From Andalucia godoyi And28 (taxonomy: Eukaryota; Protista; Jakobida): a DNA stretch of 64,000 nucleotides. Position 1 is the stretch's first letter. Every line of letters begins with the position of its first letter. A program made the position numbers and the translations under genes. Below are positions 1 through 10,455 of this stretch, piece after piece. Below the pieces are notes generated by a model. It was not told where the DNA came from. It saw only the letters and a program-made list of their open reading frames with translations, and ran no database searches. The stretch spans positions 338,934 to 402,933 of the forward strand of contig VRVR01000004.1 in the NCBI GenBank assembly GCA_009859145.1. Reading direction: 5' to 3'.

Positions 1-2401
1 ACAAGAGCAGGTGTTCAAAGGACTGTTGTACGATGTGTCCTACCTGCTTATTGTTCTCGGAGGAGAGAACCCTTCTTCCTCGCAAAATATGCAGCTGTAC
101 ACGAAGTCTTTGCGTGCATTGTCTCAAATAGCGACCCAGCCGAAACTTCTTCAACGCATTCTTCAGCGTGCACCAGAGTTTCTAATGGCCGTGCTGCGGA
201 TCTTGACAAATGTCTCCGGTTCGATGAAGACATTCTTGTTTGATGAAGTTGAGCGTGAAGCCGTGCTCAGCGCATTTACTGTCTTGTGCCAATCTGCACG
301 GTATTTACAGAATTTGTCGTATGGAAAGTCAGACACAGCCAGTTTGTTGAGTCCCCTTGGATCTCCAACATTTGAAGTACATTCACCAAAGAGTGTGCTG
401 GGAAAGGATATGCTGGGTGAGAATTCAAGCGATTCGAAGGACACGTTAGAGCATTATGGCCAATCTGTTGAGACGCTTCACTACACCGTTCCTGCGGTTA
501 TGGCATTCCTGGACGGAGCATGGAGTGTCTCCAGTGTTGTTCGAGATCACTCGCATGTCTTCTGCAATGCCTTCAAGTTTCTGACTTCTATTTGCAAATC
601 ACATATCGTTTTTGAGGACAAAGTTGACGCAAAACAGTGTTTAAGATCCTTTGGGATTGTTCCTTGCACATTGCGGTACATCCTCGCGGCAGCGTTCATT
701 CCTTTACGGAAAGAAGCACTGCTCCTTCTGGTTGCTTTCGGCGATTCGTCGATCGCCACCGAGTATCAGGTGGCGATTCTCGCAGATGACCCAAAGCTCG
801 GAAGCGATCTCCTTGCGGATATAAGAATCATATTGGATGGTTTTTTGAACTTTGTTGAAGATGAGGATCGACGCCTGCTCTTCATCGAAGTTCTTCGTCT
901 TGTCGCAATACTGGCGCGTCATCCGCAGAATCGCAGACGGGTATTTGAAGCAGACATGTTTCCTCCTTTGTTCCGCATCGTTGATCATTTCCACAAGAAC
1001 ACTCTTCGAGTCGGCAATGCATTCGTCCACGTGCAGGTGCAACGGATGGCGATGGAGATCATGGGGTTCTGGTTTCCACTTGATGTAGACAAGTCAGACG
1101 CCAAAACAACTTCTCTCCTCGCGTCCCCATCATCCGATCCCGCAAAGGCATACGTGACGTCCTTGCTGAATCTGTTCTTCAAGGAAGCTCTTCCTGTGCT
1201 GCTGCTTGTTCTGGATAGCTGCCCGGACCGTTATGTCCGCAAGGCAGCATCCTTTGCGCTGGCGCATTTGTCGGAACACAAGGCAACGCACTCGTGCATT
1301 TTGGAGAAGTCGCTGTTGCCTGCTCAAGAATCAATCATCGATCAGGATGGGCATCTGTCATTTACTCTAAAAAAGAGACCGATTCTCACACTGTGCGATG
1401 CAGGAGATTTCTCCGCGCTCGTTGTGGTTGCAAATCTGTGCGAGAATGCTGACTTGTTTCGGAAACTCCGCTCGTCCAAGGATGCCTTGGCCATTCCGTT
1501 GGTGTCAATGATCGCGCAAACACTAACTTCGTGTGTTTTGAAGTTCGGGAATGTCGGGTTCTTTCCGCAAGTTGCCTCTACTGCACTGGCTCATCTTTCT
1601 GCCATGGAGGTTCCGCACGACAGAGAACTCTTGTCCGCTGACGATGCACTGGGCGTGTTTGTCGCTGACGGGGACACCGCTTTGCCCGACACACGAGTGT
1701 TCGATGGGGAGGAAGTTCGTGCTGTCATTGCGTCCTTTTCAAACTTTATTGGGTACATTGTTCGAACATTAGCATCCTACTTGTCGGATGGGTCTGCGTC
1801 ATCTGGAGAAAAGACAGATTCGTCTCCTTTGATTCCACGCAACTTGTCGTTGCTGCTTGTTGCGTTTTGTTCAAGCAAAGCCGGTCGCCTGAAACTGCAA
1901 CCAGAGCCTGTTTTCCCCCTGCTCTTGAAGGCCATCCAAATTGCAAACAAGCGAGGTTTTACTGCGATTGACAGCGTGGTGCATCGTAACCTGCTGTTGT
2001 CGCTGTGCTACTGTGTGCGGCATGAAGAGAGGTACTTTTTTGATTTCTCGCAGAAGGTGTCTTCCCGGCTCTTGCTTGATCTGGTAGCTGCTTCTCGAAA
2101 CATGAGCGACTATGAGCCGTATCTTTTGTTCCTGTTGGCAGAGCTTGCGAAGGAGCCCTCTCAGCACGTGTATTTTAGAACATCCGAGCACTGTTCGCTG
2201 CTGCTAGCGCTGCTGGGGGTTCAGTCTTCGGAAACAAAGTTTGCCGTTCTTCGGATCTTGTCGCAGTTAGCGAAAGAACGCCGGACTGCAGATTGGATGC
2301 TGCGGGAAGGAATCGTGGGCCGGGTTTGGCAGTTACGTGAGCATCCCAATCGCTTCGTCAAGTCGTACGTTGAAAACGTCGTCCGCATTATCCATCACTA
2401 G
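1..2401 (+). CDS. Large alpha-solenoid (ARM/HEAT-like) protein, 5'-truncated by the window
   Basis: The frame is open from the window edge (CAA GAG CAG GTG TTC...) to TAG at 2399-2401. It is Leu-rich and helical with ARM-like segments such as VRKAASFALAHLS and KFAVLRILSQLAKE. No specific family recognised. Confidence 0.7.
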   Translation, partial: QEQVFKGLLYDVSYLLIVLGGENPSSSQNMQLYTKSLRALSQIATQPKLLQRILQRAPEFLMAVLRILTNVSGSMKTFLFDEVEREAVLSAFTVLCQSARYLQNLSYGKSDTASLLSPLGSPTFEVHSPKSVLGKDMLGENSSDSKDTLEHYGQSVETLHYTVPAVMAFLDGAWSVSSVVRDHSHVFCNAFKFLTSICKSHIVFEDKVDAKQCLRSFGIVPCTLRYILAAAFIPLRKEALLLLVAFGDSSIATEYQVAILADDPKLGSDLLADIRIILDGFLNFVEDEDRRLLFIEVLRLVAILARHPQNRRRVFEADMFPPLFRIVDHFHKNTLRVGNAFVHVQVQRMAMEIMGFWFPLDVDKSDAKTTSLLASPSSDPAKAYVTSLLNLFFKEALPVLLLVLDSCPDRYVRKAASFALAHLSEHKATHSCILEKSLLPAQESIIDQDGHLSFTLKKRPILTLCDAGDFSALVVVANLCENADLFRKLRSSKDALAIPLVSMIAQTLTSCVLKFGNVGFFPQVASTALAHLSAMEVPHDRELLSADDALGVFVADGDTALPDTRVFDGEEVRAVIASFSNFIGYIVRTLASYLSDGSASSGEKTDSSPLIPRNLSLLLVAFCSSKAGRLKLQPEPVFPLLLKAIQIANKRGFTAIDSVVHRNLLLSLCYCVRHEERYFFDFSQKVSSRLLLDLVAASRNMSDYEPYLLFLLAELAKEPSQHVYFRTSEHCSLLLALLGVQSSETKFAVLRILSQLAKERRTADWMLREGIVGRVWQLREHPNRFVKSYVENVVRIIHH

Positions 2402-3468
2402 GATTCCAAGATGCTGCGTTCAAATTTTGTGACTGCTTCGTTGACAAAGGAGTCCACGTCGTCACCGGTACGCGATTGCACATCTTTCTTGGCCGCTTGC
2501 AAGAAGCACTTTCGCTTGTCGTTCAGTGCTTTCCCATGGGAATGGCTTCCAGATCGAGCGAATCGTGCTATCACTTCTCGGGTCAGAATATCAATTCTGT
2601 GAATAGTGTTGGAAACTGTCGCTGTCGTGTCTGCTTCACGCCTCTCCTGTTTGGCAGCCTGCTCTTTCTGGACCAATTCTTGTTGATCCATGAAGCGTCG
2701 CCATCCGTTTTTGACGAGACGCAGAGCATCCTCCAATGGTACTTTGCTGTGTACAGTACATTCTCTTTCCCATGAATCCTGCACCAATCCAAGTCCTGTT
2801 GTCGTCGTTGTCGTTGTCGTACTGTCTCCTGCAAATCCAATCTTCTCTGCCATCCTGTGTATCACATCTGGTGGAACGTGTCTCGCCGTCCCTTTCCTTT
2901 GCTCGTTGTTCTGCAAACACTCTGGAAGCGGAGTGTCGAACACCATGATGCCGCAAGGTATGTCGACTGACACAACGCAATTGATGGACAGAATCCGGAG
3001 AAGAAGAAAAAACAGCCGTCAGTGTTTGCTTCTTTCTTTTCCTTTTCAAAGTTGAAGAACCCTCCTTTTGTACATAGATATAGTGAATAAAGTTGTTTCA
3101 TTGAAACAAAGGAACATACGATCCTTGCATACTTTCATGTATGGCTTTCGCATCGACGGCAAAAAGAAATTGTCATCCAAAACGAGTATGAATGGCTGTC
3201 GCCACAAGCCGCATTCATGCCCGCGTTCACACCCACCTTGTCTGCTCTGAGCACACTCACAACATGAAGATTGAGAGCTTGAAGCAACAAGCCTCTTGAA
3301 CATGGAGAAGCTATTATCGCGGAGTTGCGAATAGTTCTCACCTTCCATCGCGTCGAATTCCAAATGCATCACGTTCCACTCAGACACGGATTGTTTCCAC
3401 GACCCCACTTTGGTGGTCTTTCCAGCACCCGGCAGTCCGCACAAAAGAAGAACCGTCAAAACACCCAT
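2398..3468 (-). CDS. PSTK: O-phosphoseryl-tRNA(Sec) kinase-like P-loop kinase, 2 exons (3468-3120, 2966-2398)
   Basis: N-terminal LLLCGLPGAGKTT P-loop and ILVLDDNFFLPSMRKPY, which matches the PSTK LxLDDNxxxxSMR motif. A phase-1 intron at 3119-2967 (GTATGT...ACTGAC...CAG) joins ORFs 3046-3516 and 2398-2973 in frame (KD-L-DIPCGI). KTI12-like kinases are the alternative. Confidence 0.7.
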
Positions 3469-3877
3469 CTCTGTGCCGCAGTCGACGCAAAAGAAAAAAA
3501 AAGCACACTTGCACACACTCTCAAGCGGACGATGTCTCTGCAGTCGACGAATCCCTCAAGTAGATCAGCTGTAATTGCCCACAGAGAACGCCGGGAAAAT
3601 GTGCCCGCCCAAAAGGAACCCGGCTCGCCCAAAACCCTGCTTCTTGGCCAGCTCATATTTTCCGGTTTCCCTCTTGATTCCTATTGTTCATCATCATCAA
3701 TAGTCCTTTTTTCCCCCCCTTTCCCGATTGAAACATATTTTGAATCTTGTTTTTGCAAATTTGTATTTATTCAGCATTGTGTGGTGTGAGTGAGTGAGTG
3801 AGTGTGTGTGCGGGTGTGTATCAGTGCGTGAGTGTCTGAGTCTGCGTGGTGGGTTGGGGCAAGAGCGTGCATAGGAA

Positions 3878-5502
3878 TGAGTGCGCAGTTTTTGCTTCCG
3901 ACACCGGATGCGTCCGTATTTGAGCCGCTTTATCTAACAGAGAAGAGAAGAGGCGGTCGGCATGGCATGAATGATTTAAGATCCAATCACTTCACAGAGC
4001 CAGTGAATAGGAAACGACCTCCTTCACCGCCAACAAAGTCCCCTTTTCTTCCAGCTCGAGTGTTGTTCCCTTCGGCCACCGACACGGATCCGTTTGTCAT
4101 TCCGGGAACGTCGAATTTCTACCTGGAGCAAGTTAAGAGAATAGGCAGTGGATCGTTTGGAGATGTGTATCTTGTGAAAAGGACAGACGCCAACAAACAA
4201 TATGCGTTGAAGAGAGCGAGAAAGCCGTTTCGAGGTAGAACGGACAAGCAAAAGGCAAAGAAGGAAGCTGATAAGATGCGGATTGCTGGGAAGCACCCAT
4301 TTTGCGTGAGGTGTTATGGGGCCTGGGAAGATCCACCGGGGTTTCTTGCTCTTCTGATGGAGTATTGTCCCCTCGGTTCACTCGAAGAGATTTTCGCCAA
4401 CAGATTGTGTGTGGAAACTGAGTTGTGGAGGATACTTGCGCAAGTTTCGCAGGGACTCTCATACCTGCACAGTCATGGAATACTGCATCTGGACATTAAA
4501 CCAGCAAATCTGCTGTCGCCGGGTCCACAGATCGTGAAGATTGGTGATTTTGGAATTGCGCTGATGCGCCAGGAAGAAGAAGGAAATCGACAGTCCACAG
4601 CACAGACATTTGCAATGAAGGGTTTGGACACATCGACAGATGAGGACGATACCTTTATGGAGGGCGATAATCGATACATGGCTCCCGAATTGCTTCGTGA
4701 TGTGATTACTCCGGCGGCGGACATCTTCTCTCTTGGGATGTCGTTGCTGGAATTGGCGACAAATGTAGAATTGCCATCTCACGGAGCTCTCTGGCACAAA
4801 TTTCGTGACATGTCCTTTTTCAATGAACCTTGTATTCTTCCTTCGGAAATGCCGTCCGATGCTGCAGGTTCTCCGGATTCTGCGGGCGCGTCTGCGTCGT
4901 CGTCCAAGCTTGGTTCTCCGAGCCCGTCTTCTCCGCCATCCAGCTCGTGGCTGGGGGAGCAATACGGCCTGTCAGACGCCTTGATTCTGCTGTTGCAGGC
5001 TATGCTGAACCCCGAGCCGGAGCGTCGCTGTACTCTTGAACAGATTCTTTCGCATCCTTCGATCCAACCGTTTCTCCTCCCTCCAGATGCACTGTTTCAG
5101 TCATTAGAGGAAGAAGACCATCCTGCGATGTTCTGTTTGGACGCCGATTCACAGAACGGGCTTTCGGAAGAAGAAGAATTCCGGTTGTGGAGTCGAGATC
5201 GGAATGCACGATCTGCTGCTCGGATTGCGTCTTCTGCGCCATTTTCGCACCGTCTTGGTCCCGGCTGCGAGGGCTACTCCCCAATGCACGACGGCGATGA
5301 CGGCGATTCTGCGGGAATGGAGGATGTGGCGCGACGAATGTTTTTTGACGACGAACCGCTTCCCCAAGGATCCGCAGTCCGATCATTCCACGTGGATGCA
5401 CAGTTTGCGGAAGATGACGATGATATGACGTATCAGCCTTGCGATCTTCCCTCCTCCGACTTGGATCGGCTTCCCATCAAGAACCTTCTCGATGACTTTT
5501 GA
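3878..5502 (+). CDS. Wee1/Myt1-family CDK-inhibitory kinase
   Basis: Kinase motifs IGSGSFGDV, YALK, HLDIKPAN and DFG, plus the family-typical EGDNRYMAPELL. The C-terminal PIKNLLDDF resembles the Myt1 RNL motif. Start uncertain (ATG 3878 or ~3967). Confidence 0.88.
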
Positions 5503-5723
5503 CAAACTGCTGCGGTCACTGTTTTTCAGTATCGGATGCGAAGCGCGCGTTCCCGTGGCACAAAGTTGAACAACACTCTAGCCCTCCGCGTCGTTTCTTT
5601 TGTACAATTTTATTAAAACATCTCCCGTTGACGCTCTATGTGCACTCTCATTTTTTATGTAGTCTACAAGCATGTCCTGCTTCGACTGTAGCAACAAGCG
5701 GAGTTCGGCATATTTGCAACTTT

Positions 5724-5800
5724 GCGCCTACATTGCACACGAATCCACAGATAATCATCGCTGATCACCCATAATCAATGCTGCAGCCCAACAACATGCA
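5724..5800 (-). mobile_element. Possible right-end fragment of the Fanzor2-like element
   Basis: GCGCCTACATTG at 5724-5735 is identical to 11883-11894, and 5771-5789 matches 11909-11927 at 16/19, in the same order and orientation. Confidence 0.4.
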
Positions 5801-6130
5801 TAATGCAACGCGGCGGTGTGTTTATAAAGGGATTTCATGATCAAAATGGGGCGAAGCGAATCGGGCATCGTGTGACAGAGCTGTTAAGATAGCAAACGCA
5901 TGCGGCATGGTGCGTGGCAGTGGTTCTGTTTACGTGCGCTTCAGATTGCGTCATCATATCGCAACAAGTGGCAGCGGAGGAAAAAAAAAAAGAAAGCGTT
6001 CCCACATCGATCAATCGTGATTTTCTTTCTTGATTTTTCTTCCATCTCTTTTTGTGTATGCAACGCTTTTCCTCATCTTAGTTTCTTTGTGCGATATCTT
6101 GCTGCTGTTGCTGCTGTTGCTGCTGTTAAG

Positions 6131-6559
6131 ATGAGTAAGACAACTCTCGCTGACGTTACCTGTTCTGCACAGAGACGCGAGTCTTCTCTGTTGACCCCGC
6201 TTGCATCTCCATTGATGCGATCGTCCTTTTCAAACTTATTGGACGTCCAGTTTGAGCATGAGGAGTTCTCAGAGGAAAACGACGAGCTGTCCGAGTATTC
6301 TCGAACAGTTGCTTTTCGCTTGGTGGACCAAGATGACCAGGGCTGCGATCCGTCCGCACATCCCCCTGCTGCGACTGTTACTCACGGATACAGCGTTCCG
6401 CAGTTGAAACAAACAACTGCAAATGGCTCTGGTGACGTCAGCCAGAGCTTGGATGAAGTTGAATCGGAGGAGTCTCCGGAAATCGGGCATAGGATCTCAT
6501 TCGCTTCACTTGTCTCGGACTCTCTCATGTTTGCTTCTGATTACCATACCGTGTACTGA
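6131..6559 (+). CDS. Hypothetical acidic/Ser-rich protein (~142 aa)
   Basis: ATG after a T-rich 5' leader, with protein-like composition (MSKTTLADV...ISFASLVSDSLMFASDYHTVY). No family recognised. Confidence 0.5.
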   Translation: MSKTTLADVTCSAQRRESSLLTPLASPLMRSSFSNLLDVQFEHEEFSEENDELSEYSRTVAFRLVDQDDQGCDPSAHPPAATVTHGYSVPQLKQTTANGSGDVSQSLDEVESEESPEIGHRISFASLVSDSLMFASDYHTVY

Positions 6560-7009
6560 AACCAGACCAGACTGATGTTCGCACTTTGTGGTCTTTCTTT
6601 TGTGTATGTGTGTGCGTGTGTATGTATGTTTCTCCGCAACTGTGAATATTGTGTTTTTGCGAGTCTGCGGAAGCGCAGAAGAAAACAAGGAAGAGGAGGG
6701 ACGTGGACAATTGAGAGCGTGTGCAGACCATTCCGGATACCATGCCGAGGTGGATCTTATGGCCCCAAATGGTTTTTGTCCCAGCATGTGTCAACAGCAT
6801 AGCTTTCCTTTTCTATCTGTCAACTCTCCGTTGATCTGCCTCTTGAATAAAAGAAGAATTGTTTTTGTTTTGTGACATCCTTTTCTGTTGTAGTAAAGCG
6901 CGTCTCTTGCACGAAAACGCACGGAATGCGAAGAAAAATCGTGGCTGTTCGCTTCTCGTGTGTGTGTGTGTGTGCATGTACTGGTGACGAGCAAATGACA
7001 GCTTTGAAA

Positions 7010-8599
7010 ATGGCGGATTTGCGAATAACGGAGCAGTCGAACGTCTTGACCTCAAACATAGATGTCTGCGACACGATTGGTGTTTTGCGGCTTTTGCGGC
7101 AGTCCGATGCACAGCTGTTTGCAGGATTTGGGCCGTTTCCCGGACTGTGCGATGAAGAGACACAGCTGAAGATCTCGCAGATTGCTTTCTTAATGCGAGA
7201 CGTTATGTTCACAGCAAATGATCGGCCTTCTGCTGTCGTCTTTTCCGGGTGCGGAACCTCCGGAAGGCTTGCCTGTTTCTGTGCAGAAGAGTTCGCGAGA
7301 GTGTATGAGAGCAGCAAGTCGGAGCCAAACTCGGAGATCTGTGGAAATTGCGAATTCCACTATTTGATTGCAGGCGGTGATCGCGCGCTAGTTCGTGCAG
7401 TGGAGAATGCGGAAGACGACCCCAATCTTGCAGTTCTTGATTTGGCGCAGTTTGTCTCGGATCCGCAAGCCTATCATCGAATCCTGTACATTGGAATCAC
7501 CTGCGGCTTATCGGCTCCGTATGTGTTTGCGCAGATTCAGCATCTCTCAAGATTCAGCAACACAACGGGCGTCTTGCTGGGTTTCAATCCGTTGGTGCCG
7601 GATGCCGTATCGGATCTCGTGGAGCAAAACAAGATCATTCTGTTGAATCCGGTTGTGGGGCCTGAGCCGATTACGGGATCTACGCGCATGAAAGGCGGCT
7701 CTGCAACAAAGATCATCCTGGAAACAATCTTTTATCGAGCCTTGGTACGAAGGAACATCGCGACAATGCTTCGGTATTACGAAGAGGCGTGCCGGAAGGT
7801 GTACCTTTCCATCGAACTCCTACAACATGTTGTGAATGCGGCTGCGCATAGTCTACGTTCCGGCGGCCACGTTTATTACATTGGACGAGAAAACTACGGA
7901 ATCTTGGGATTCATTGACGCTTCCGAGTGTGTTCCGACGTATGGTGCTTCGTTTGACGATGTCCGCGGCTTTAAGATTGGGGGCTGGAGAAGTCTGCCAG
8001 AGACCACGCCAGACCAGCTTCCTCCCGTTTCCAGTTTCGACACGGTCATCTTCTTGGATCCGCAGACTGCGGAGTTGTACACCCCGAAGCTTCCTGCGGG
8101 GAAGAAAGCATACACAATTCACGTGACGTCTTCCGAGGTCCCCGACTTGTCGGCAAGTGTGTGCGTGTGGGGGGTGCACCAATCGTTTGCGCGAGAACTC
8201 GCCATGAAGTTGGTACTGAATGCCGTGACAACGGGTGCTCATGTTCTTCGTGGAATGACATTCGGAAACAGAATGATCAATGTTCGTGTATCCAATATGA
8301 AATTGTTCTACCGAGCAGTCAGAATCATTTCTGACGTCGCCTGTGTCGACGAAGCCGTTGCGCAAGATGCATTGTTCCGATCCCTCTATCTTGTAGATGC
8401 AGTTCCAGCCGATATCCCCGCGAAGCCTGTCGCAGAGCATGTGTCGCAGGCAACAACTCGTGAGAAGGTTGTTCCTCTTGCGATTCTCCTGTGTTACAAC
8501 CGTACACTGCACGTTGCTGATGGGAATCGATTGCTGGAGGGAGATCCGATCATTCGCCATCTGTTGAACAAGTATTCATCCACAACAGATTGTGTCTGA
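7010..8599 (+). CDS. GCKR: Glucokinase regulatory protein-like double SIS-domain protein (GCKR/MurQ superfamily)
   Basis: Collinear GCKR-type motifs: ITEQSN..., SGCGTSGR, LIAGGDRAL, GITCGLSAPYV, GFNP, GPEPITGSTRMKGGSATK, IDASECVPTYGA, KLVLNAVTTGAHVLRG and SNMKLFYRA. Start at ATG 6995 or 7010. Confidence 0.8.
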   Translation: MADLRITEQSNVLTSNIDVCDTIGVLRLLRQSDAQLFAGFGPFPGLCDEETQLKISQIAFLMRDVMFTANDRPSAVVFSGCGTSGRLACFCAEEFARVYESSKSEPNSEICGNCEFHYLIAGGDRALVRAVENAEDDPNLAVLDLAQFVSDPQAYHRILYIGITCGLSAPYVFAQIQHLSRFSNTTGVLLGFNPLVPDAVSDLVEQNKIILLNPVVGPEPITGSTRMKGGSATKIILETIFYRALVRRNIATMLRYYEEACRKVYLSIELLQHVVNAAAHSLRSGGHVYYIGRENYGILGFIDASECVPTYGASFDDVRGFKIGGWRSLPETTPDQLPPVSSFDTVIFLDPQTAELYTPKLPAGKKAYTIHVTSSEVPDLSASVCVWGVHQSFARELAMKLVLNAVTTGAHVLRGMTFGNRMINVRVSNMKLFYRAVRIISDVACVDEAVAQDALFRSLYLVDAVPADIPAKPVAEHVSQATTREKVVPLAILLCYNRTLHVADGNRLLEGDPIIRHLLNKYSSTTDCV

Positions 8600-8714
8600 C
8601 AAGCACTCTGCTGCTCTCCCCAACTGGATTTCAGTGCCATGACTGGAAATTCCCAAAAAGACCGTTGTAAATTTGCCGTGTACATGGTGTTATTGTTCTT
8701 CATGGAGTCGGGTG

Positions 8715-10064
8715 CTACTCGTACTCGTACACGGCCACACCGGCTGCCGGGCGAATGTAGACCAGGTGGTCCATGAATCGAATTGTCACCACACCGCGGT
8801 AGGCAAGTCGAGGAACAGAGGCCTTTTCGTCCGCCATGACACCGAGTGCGGAGGCAATAGTCTTGAATTCAGGAATGGTTCGGTACTCCACCGCCACTCT
8901 TGCTGGCAGACGCTCGTTATCCTGCCGGATTTGATCTGCCGAGACAACCTTGACCGACGCAAGCTCCTTATCCATTCGGCTGTCATAGCGATCCTTTTCC
9001 AAATACGCAAGGTCCACAGCTTTCCACAAGATTGGAACCTCATTGAGAACAATTTTGTCCAAGTGGGTGTCGAAAAACTGGCCTGCAGACGTCCCCTCCT
9101 TTCCAAATGTTTTTGTTCGGCTGATCTCGGGTCGGATGCACGACCTTTGCTTCCTGTGATCCGGCTCCCGCAACCAGTCGTCCCAATACCCACCGTTTGG
9201 TTTGCACCAAATGGGGCCAAGCTCGTCCCACAGCTCACGCGTCATCATCCAGCCAAGCCCTGGGAAGAAGTCGGAGCGGTACAGCGCCATAGGATCCTTG
9301 ACATGCTCTTGCTTTCCATTGTCATTGAACGCAGACGTACAGAGAATCGAATCATCATTCTGCATGACAGGAAGCATGGCCCGCATGTACTCGAAAAAGT
9401 CGGGAGCAACCAATAGATCGTCTTCCAAAATAATGACGGCATCATAACCTGCATCATGCTCAAACACCTTGGTCAGGCCTCTCCTGTAGTTCTGAGCAAT
9501 GTGGTGGTATGACTGCGACTCACCAGGAGGCACAACATGGTCTAATTCATGGGGATGCTGCCACAGCGTCACCGATGCGAACTCGCTTGCAACTTTCTTG
9601 ACAGACTCGTCAAATCCGTCCTGGGACACGAACACATCGTACGACCCATCCTCGGGCAAATATTTGAATACTTGGTTCAGTGTTCTTCGCAAGTCCTCTC
9701 CTCGATTGTACGCGAATATGACAACGGGAAGTACGGGAACAGTACCCACTTGGTTCATTCTAGAAGGAGTCCCTTTTGCTGGTTTTGGACACGCGGCAGA
9801 AGAAGAAGCTTGGGTCTGATCAAGGCACCCCTCGCAAACACACAATGGACATTCTTTTTCATCTTCCTTCTTTGAACACGATTGCACAGGACACGCCTTG
9901 CATTTCACGGGCCTCACATTTGATACCCTCTCCAGCTGAGCCTCCAGATTCGAAATGATGCGTGAATCATTCAGAAAAACAATCCCCAGTACAACCGCAA
10001 ACACAATAAACAACGATCGCGGAGCCGAAAACGGGTTGGTCGCCGATCTTATGGATCTCAACAT
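8715..10064 (-). CDS. MGAT1: Alpha-1,3-mannosyl-glycoprotein beta-1,2-N-acetylglucosaminyltransferase I (GnT-I, GT13)
   Basis: Type II anchor (LFIVFAVVLGIVFL), a Cys-rich stem, and the motifs VVIFAYNR, VSQDG, IILEDDL, SAFNDNG, RSDFFPGLGWMM, WDDWLR and RPEISRTKTFG. Confidence 0.93.
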   Translation of the reverse strand: MLRSIRSATNPFSAPRSLFIVFAVVLGIVFLNDSRIISNLEAQLERVSNVRPVKCKACPVQSCSKKEDEKECPLCVCEGCLDQTQASSSAACPKPAKGTPSRMNQVGTVPVLPVVIFAYNRGEDLRRTLNQVFKYLPEDGSYDVFVSQDGFDESVKKVASEFASVTLWQHPHELDHVVPPGESQSYHHIAQNYRRGLTKVFEHDAGYDAVIILEDDLLVAPDFFEYMRAMLPVMQNDDSILCTSAFNDNGKQEHVKDPMALYRSDFFPGLGWMMTRELWDELGPIWCKPNGGYWDDWLREPDHRKQRSCIRPEISRTKTFGKEGTSAGQFFDTHLDKIVLNEVPILWKAVDLAYLEKDRYDSRMDKELASVKVVSADQIRQDNERLPARVAVEYRTIPEFKTIASALGVMADEKASVPRLAYRGVVTIRFMDHLVYIRPAAGVAVYEYE

Positions 10065-10406
10065 GCAGCAAAACACCCAAAACAAAAGGCAGAAGAAAAA
10101 AAGCTGCTTCCCTCTCCCTCTCAAGTAAATAGCACAATGCAAAAACAGTACCACTGCGCGTACCGAGTATCTACCTGTTAACGTGCTGCAATACTGTATC
10201 GAGTAGGACGCCCATTTGTTCACAAACCCGTCCAAGTAGCCCGTGCCCTGTGCCTCGTATGGCGTTTGTGGTTTTCAGATTCTCGGTGGCTCTCGCAAGA
10301 TGCCCTCAAGTGAGGCTGCTTCGACAACATTGATGACGGATCGTGGAGCATGGATTCTCGAAAGACCGGGTTGCGTCCATTCGCAAACGAACTGCACGCT
10401 AAGAAG

Positions 10407-10421
10407 GCGAGCGAGCGAGCG

Positions 10422-10452
<31 letters not shown>
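10407..10452. repeat. (GCGA)n/(GA)n microsatellite
   Basis: Directly visible tandem repeat. Confidence 0.95.

Positions 10453-10455
<3 letters not shown>

Noticed and set aside
6525-6800. TKTIWGHKIHLGMVSG, reminiscent of the IS5/IS4 GYKxH motif
   Set aside because: A single short motif with no flanking transposase features.
8673-9416. 247-aa plus-strand ORF
   Set aside because: Antisense shadow of MGAT1 with no motifs of its own.
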